A DNA stretch of 63,619 nt, counting the filler, from Stramenopiles sp. TOSAG23-2 (lineage: Eukaryota), in the NCBI GenBank assembly GCA_900128395.1. It is 9 parts of 9 records of this genome, joined end to end, with 100 filler letters (N's around TTAATTAATTAA, not from the genome) between each part and the next. Parts side by side here need not be neighbours in the genome. Positions count along the whole stretch, not along the records: positions 51,959 to 60,492 come from LT650192.1; positions 60,593 to 62,056 come from LT652845.1; positions 62,157 to 63,619 come from LT652846.1; 6 more parts are not named here. One strand, written 5' to 3'. Position numbers and translations under genes: made by a program. Shown here one piece after another: positions 58,299 to 63,619 of the stretch. Numbering within the stretch: position 1 is the first letter of the stretch; the number at the start of each line of letters is the position of its first letter. A model generated the notes under the pieces. It was given only the letters and a program-made list of their open reading frames with translations. It was not told the origin of the DNA and ran no database searches.

Positions 58299-58743
58299 AT
58301 GGATTTATTGTTCAATAAATTAAGGTGAGAGATACCTGGTATAGAGTAAGAAACGAGGAGAGAGTCCTGAATAAAAATTACAAGTACATTTTAGTAGTTC
58401 AGCCAATTATAAAGAAGTGAGAAAACTTGTTATGAATGATTTAATAGATGTGAATAGTAAAAATGATTATGAAGAGACACCTTTACATATTTCTGCATTA
58501 TCTAATAAACAAGCAAATGGTAAAATATTGAAATTTTTGTTGAAAGAAGGTGCAGATCCAAATGCACAAACAGAATTTAAATATCAAGGTCATAGCATTC
58601 TTGTTCGGAGAACTCCGTTGCATTGGTATGCTCATAGTTGTGATCATATGGGAATACGTATATTACTATTACATGGTGCAGATGAACGAATGAAAACTGA
58701 AGAAGGTGATTCATCTATTGCTATTGTTGAAAAAATTATTTGA
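58299..58743 (+). CDS. Small ankyrin-repeat protein (exon 58299-58324, intron 58325-58394, exon 58395-58743)
   Basis: ETPLHISA..LLKEGADPNA and RTPLHW..LLLHGAD; a GTGAGA..TTTTAG intron links an upstream ATG in frame. Confidence 0.72.
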
Positions 58744-59172
58744 ACATGAAAAAGAGATAATTCTACCATGTGAATTGAGTTTGAAATATTTAAAAATATC
58801 ACAAAATCATCGTATAAAATATACAAAAATGTAAAAACATTATGCGCGTTATAAATACATGATATTTTAAATAATCAAATTAATTTCTCTTCGCTTTACT
58901 CTCACCTTCCTTTACCTGGACTGAACGACAATGTGAGCCTCCATCCCCCAAGCTGTATTTGTCATGGATGGACTGCATCAGCGTCTCCATCACCACAGAT
59001 TCGCGTGTGTGCGTGTAAAAAAATATCTTTAAAATAACTTTTTGGCTTGTTTAATTTAGATTTTTTTAAAAAAGCAAAAAGAATTTACGATCCGTTCGTA
59101 TTATTTTTTATGCTCTTTTTCTTTTTTTTCTTTTTTTTCTCCCTCTTTTTCCCAAAAAAAAATTCATGGACT

Positions 59173-60414
59173 TTATTTTCTTGGTACTGGAACTGCTCTG
59201 GCATTATAACCAAATAAATTGTTTGTAGCTTTTCTTTTTGAACTCGAAGGTCTCGTGGCACGCTGTGGTTGTTTACCACTTGTCAGTAATGCCATCAACT
59301 CATTGTATGAATACATTCGATACCTTAATGTCACTGTTTTTTCAATAACCTTTTTGTTATTAAAATATGTGACCTTCCTTTCAACCAATAAACTGCTTGA
59401 TCTGTGATCATCCATCCTACCGGAACTGAAATGGTACATTCCTCCTCGTAATCTTAAAACCAGATTCAATCGGACAAAACCATAGATGCCGTAATCACTC
59501 GCCGTTTTGTCATCCTCCAATTCTTCACCTTGGAACAAAAGTAGTTGTTGGTCAGGTGGGATGCTTTCCTTGTCTTGAATCATTTGTTTGATATTTTGAA
59601 TAGTCGTAGTACTTTTGATTGAATCAAGAACAATTGTTTTCCCAGTCAAAGTTCTAACACTTATTTCATAAGAATCATCAGAGGAACCATCACAACTTGA
59701 ATAAACGAGATATTCATTTTTTGATTCAAATTTGTGGGACTGGTCAACACGTAACCAAATTGTGCCTACATTATCCACTATTATTCGTTCTGTAGATGTA
59801 AGAGTTGATCGTTCTGCTTTTACGAATAACAAAAACCCCTGCTTGTTAATCGCTTCACCAATTAATGCAAAATTTTTGCCAATTCTACCATTTGGTGCTA
59901 CATTTGCAGTGACTATTTTGTCGTTAACTTTCAATTTGATAGCAATTAATGGTGTCACAGAAATACTGATCGCTTCATATGGTTGGTATGTTTCAGATTG
60001 TTTCGGAGAACATACCACACCAAAGTCTCCTGGTCTCAAAATGCTAACAACAGCTTGTTTTGCACCATTTTTATCTTTGTATACATGTACCTTTCCTTGT
60101 GATAAAATAGTTGACAACAAGTTTTTGGAAATTACAGGTGATGCTTTTGGTGTATCATTTGATAAATTTAAGCGCAAAGAAGGTGAAAGATTTAATTCGA
60201 TGAATTTCCATAAGTCATAGAATATACCACGATTTGAAATGTTAATCAAATGATTTTGTAAAGAATATTTTTCTTTTATAAACTTTATCACATCATCTTG
60301 TTGGTACTGGTTTGCTGGGATTACGGTTTTATCTTTAAGACCACTCATGTTTATGGTAATTGGTACATTTGATACAAATTTGTTGTTTGTTGCAGCTTCT
60401 ACTAATGTCGCCAT
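59173..60414 (-). CDS. Protein with an internal ubiquitin-like domain
   Basis: [55 protein letters not shown] followed by MYHFSSGR. Confidence 0.85.
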   Translation of the reverse strand: MATLVEAATNNKFVSNVPITINMSGLKDKTVIPANQYQQDDVIKFIKEKYSLQNHLINISNRGIFYDLWKFIELNLSPSLRLNLSNDTPKASPVISKNLLSTILSQGKVHVYKDKNGAKQAVVSILRPGDFGVVCSPKQSETYQPYEAISISVTPLIAIKLKVNDKIVTANVAPNGRIGKNFALIGEAINKQGFLLFVKAERSTLTSTERIIVDNVGTIWLRVDQSHKFESKNEYLVYSSCDGSSDDSYEISVRTLTGKTIVLDSIKSTTTIQNIKQMIQDKESIPPDQQLLLFQGEELEDDKTASDYGIYGFVRLNLVLRLRGGMYHFSSGRMDDHRSSSLLVERKVTYFNNKKVIEKTVTLRYRMYSYNELMALLTSGKQPQRATRPSSSKRKATNNLFGYNARAVPVPRK

Positions 60415-61075
60415 TGTTTTGTTGTGTTTAATTGTGTTTTTTTCTTGTTGTTCTTAAATTAAAATATTAATTATTTTGTTTTGTTTGTTTTANNNNNNNN
60501 NNNNNNNNNNNNNNNNNNNNNNNNNNNNNNNNNNNNTTAATTAATTAANNNNNNNNNNNNNNNNNNNNNNNNNNNNNNNNNNNNNNNNNNNNGGCTAGTG
60601 CTTTTACCTTTCTTTTTACCGCGACCTCCTTTTCCTTTTCCTGACATTGTTTGTTTTTTTTAATTTGTTTTCGTTGTTTTTTGTTGTTAAATTGTTACGA
60701 TCAATTGTTTCTACTTTTTTTCTTTCTTTCTTTCTAAAATGTATATGTACATTTATACTTCTTTCTCCAAATGGTTTTTGGGATTGAATTGGGTGAGTAG
60801 GGGTTGATTTTAAAGGACAAATTTTAATATTTTATTTTTTGTTTTAACACTTTTAATATGATTATTGTATTTGATAATTTAGAATACAAAATTTTAAAAA
60901 AATATATAAATTTGCCATATATTAATGCCCCGGAATGCCACTACCCACTGCCGATGATTTTTTTTTTCATCCTAATTGTTGTAATGGTATGCACCTGCTA
61001 ATTTCAAAATTGTTTTTTTGAGTTTTGCATTTGGTAGTTTTTTTGATGGGTTTTGCGACTCTTTAATGCTGTGCG

Positions 61076-61295
61076 CAGTGCTACCCTTTAAAACATGCAA
61101 AAAATGTACACACTTAACACTATTCACTATGGGAAAAATATTCATCATTTTTTCTATATTTTCGGATATTTTCTATTTTTTACATGAAAAATAAAATTGG
61201 CATTTTAGAAAACGATATTTATACATATTTCCCATAGTGAATAGTTTTATTTGTGAAGTGTACATTTTTTGCATGTTTTAGAGGGGGTAGCACTG
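61076..61295. mobile_element. MITE-like element, copy 2
   Basis: CAGTGCTACCC..AAAACATGCAAAAAATGTACAC pairs with GTGTACATTTTTTGCATGTTTT..GGGTAGCACTG; core AAAAATAAAATTGGCATTTTAGAAAACGATAT is the reverse complement of about 52333-52365. Confidence 0.78.
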
Positions 61296-61341
61296 CGTAC
61301 CACTGTATTTCCGTGAGTTTTAGAAGGAAAATACATGATTT

Positions 61342-61563
61342 GATTTTCATCCTATCACATTAGAGATCATTTATACTTGAATGGGAAATTAGAGTACTCC
61401 AAAAAAAAAACATTTCATCATCGATTTTCACGCTATCAAATGACACATAATTTGTACTTGAAATGTAAAGTAGAATACCAACAAAACTAAACTAAATTAG
61501 ATTTCATTCTATCAAATGACACATAAGTTATACTTGAAGTGGAAATTAGAATATCAACAAAAT
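61342..61563. repeat. Degenerate minisatellite, about 3 copies of ~76-81 bp
   Basis: CTATCAAATGACACATAA..TACTTGAA..TAGAATA.CAACAAAA at about 61433 and 61509; weaker copy from about 61352. Confidence 0.65.
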
Positions 61564-62313
61564 ATTACAATATAAAAATACTAAAATACGTAAAAAACTA
61601 CTAAAATCTTCATAGTCAAAAAAGAAGTGCTATCAAATAAGGTTTTTTATCATGGCTTACCAAGCAGGCTTCACAAACTTTAAGGGTCTTAGCAAACAAA
61701 ACGTGCTGTACGACTTATAATGATCTCACATATATATATATATATTTTACACCACAGGTATAATAAATATAATTTCCTTAAAAAGCTATTCGGGCCCCAC
61801 CATAAACATCAATTTGACCTTGAACTTCTTCTTCTTTTTAATACAAATAAAAGAAGCTTCTTACTACAAATATATATATATATATATATATATCGATATA
61901 TAAAATGAATATAAAAAAGATATATAAATGAAAGATGTTACAGATACGAAAAAAAGGTGTGTGTGTGTGTGTGTGTAAGCAAAGAAAAGAAACAAGGGCA
62001 AAATGAATATCATACGAAGAAATATTTATCAACATACGAGAAGAGGATCAATCATANNNNNNNNNNNNNNNNNNNNNNNNNNNNNNNNNNNNNNNNNNNN
62101 TTAATTAATTAANNNNNNNNNNNNNNNNNNNNNNNNNNNNNNNNNNNNNNNNNNNNCTTCTTTTTCTTCTTCTTTTTCTTCGTTTTTTCAAATTCAATAT
62201 TTCTTACTTTCAATAATAAATAATAATATTTTTTATAATAAATCTATATTGTTGGGCAGGCCAGCAGGTATGATGAAGAATAAATCTAGAATAAATCTAC
62301 TATAATATTATTA

Positions 62314-63461
62314 CAGTACTATAATGCACGTACTATCCCTGCTTGCAGGGAGTACGTATTCATTTATTGTCCATTGTCCAGATTCACTTATTGTCCAGAT
62401 TATTTTCCAGATTTGACTTAATACTGCAATAGCACTATAGCATACACATACCATTCTAATAATTAGCATATATACAGCATTATAATCAAAAAATTATCCG
62501 AGGAAACCTGGACAATAAATGAATAAAAAAAGTAACTTTGCAAGTACATATTTTATTACTGTAAGATACATATTTATGTCTATATAATTATAGTATAATT
62601 ATTCATAGACTTCCTTTGTATTTACCATCTATCAATCCAAACTACTGTTTTTGAATGGGGGCTTCGAATTTTTCATAAATTGTATTCTTTTTCTTTGCTA
62701 AAAACAGACAGAAATGTTGTTTTAACAGTATCACAACACTGATATCTTTTCTTGACTAAATTTGCTTTCATAAAGAAAACACAAATTATTTACTCAAATA
62801 CATATATATAAATAGCATTATAAATGAGTATGTTCCATTTAAATGATCGAATTGTGAAAAAATATTTGTCAAAAATATGTTATTTTGGCTACAATATTAC
62901 GGATATTTATATGTATATTACAAAATTAAAAGTAAAATATGAATTTTTGTGTCTAAAATATTATTTATATAGTAATTAGACTATACTTTTAACGAAGAAA
63001 AAAGTTAGAGAAATAATTAAATTTAGTAAATTTAAAATTGAAAAGCTGTTTTGAAAAAAATATAAGTTCTTATTTAACTATTAATTTTTACTTAACAACT
63101 AAATTTCCATAATTATAGGTATTTTTGCTTCCTTTTGAGAGTAAATTGTCTCCAATATAATTGTATATATTCCAATTTATATAGGTAATAGTAGTAATCT
63201 AAATAATTCAATTTCCGCTTCTTACTACAGTTACAATTTATTTGCTGATTTCACATGATTTCCAAATATATGTGCATTTTTGAAGACTTGTTATAAAACA
63301 ACATTAAATAAGACTATACTTGATTAACATAGTGATATCATTACAATGTCCAGATTCACTTATTGTCCAGATAATTTTTTTCACAGAATTTTGTTTTTTC
63401 TGGACAATAAACGAATACGTACTCCCTGCTAGGGCAGGGAGTACGTTGCATTATAGTACTG
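62314..63461. mobile_element. Non-autonomous Tc1/mariner/pogo-like DNA transposon (~1.15 kb, ~60-bp TIRs, TA flanks)
   Basis: TA-CAGTACTATAATGCACGTAC...GCAGGGAGTACGTATTCATTTATTGTCCA and its reverse complement ending TGCATTATAGTACTG-TA; no ORF inside. Confidence 0.82.
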
Positions 63462-63619
63462 TATTACAAGTTTGTATAATATCAGATAAGTCCTTAATAA
63501 TTATTATATATTATTTATATTGTATATTCACAACAATAAACTCAAAAATGTTGGTTGTTGAGAACTATAATAATAAAATTGCAGAAAAAAAAACTATTAA
63601 TACCCATTATTATTATTAT

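Noticed and set aside
58905-59016. GC-richer island containing TTACCTGG, considered as U1 snRNA or SECIS
   Set aside because: Lacks the ACTTACC 5' end, U1-70K loop and Sm site; no neighbouring gene needs UGA readthrough.

Overview
AT-rich, intron-poor nuclear DNA from a flagellated unicellular eukaryote (axonemal dynein, GT-AG introns, standard code; lineage not determinable here). The window is not one locus. It is nine unrelated scaffolds (seven of ~8.5 kb, two of ~1.46 kb) joined by artificial 100-bp N44-TTAATTAATTAA-N44 linkers, so adjacency across linkers means nothing. Housekeeping genes: dynein heavy chain, MRM1-like, DDAH, YqgF, nucleoside hydrolase, UBR1/PRT6, NUP42, ILRUN, CAND1 (missed by the ORF track), PWP2. 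The most interesting scaffold is 26005-34560. A NACHT (STAND/NLR-like) NTPase gene, whose Walker A is split by an intron, runs tail-to-tail into a large ankyrin-repeat gene fused in frame to a truncated, slightly degenerate PP2C-cNMP module. This is either an NLR-like pair with an integrated signalling domain or an assembly/amplification chimera. Also notable: an AsaB/CmcJ-like dioxygenase ending in SKL, a CBS-less KdsD-like isomerase, a two-domain glycosyltransferase, several MITE/foldback elements, and recurring upstream motifs.
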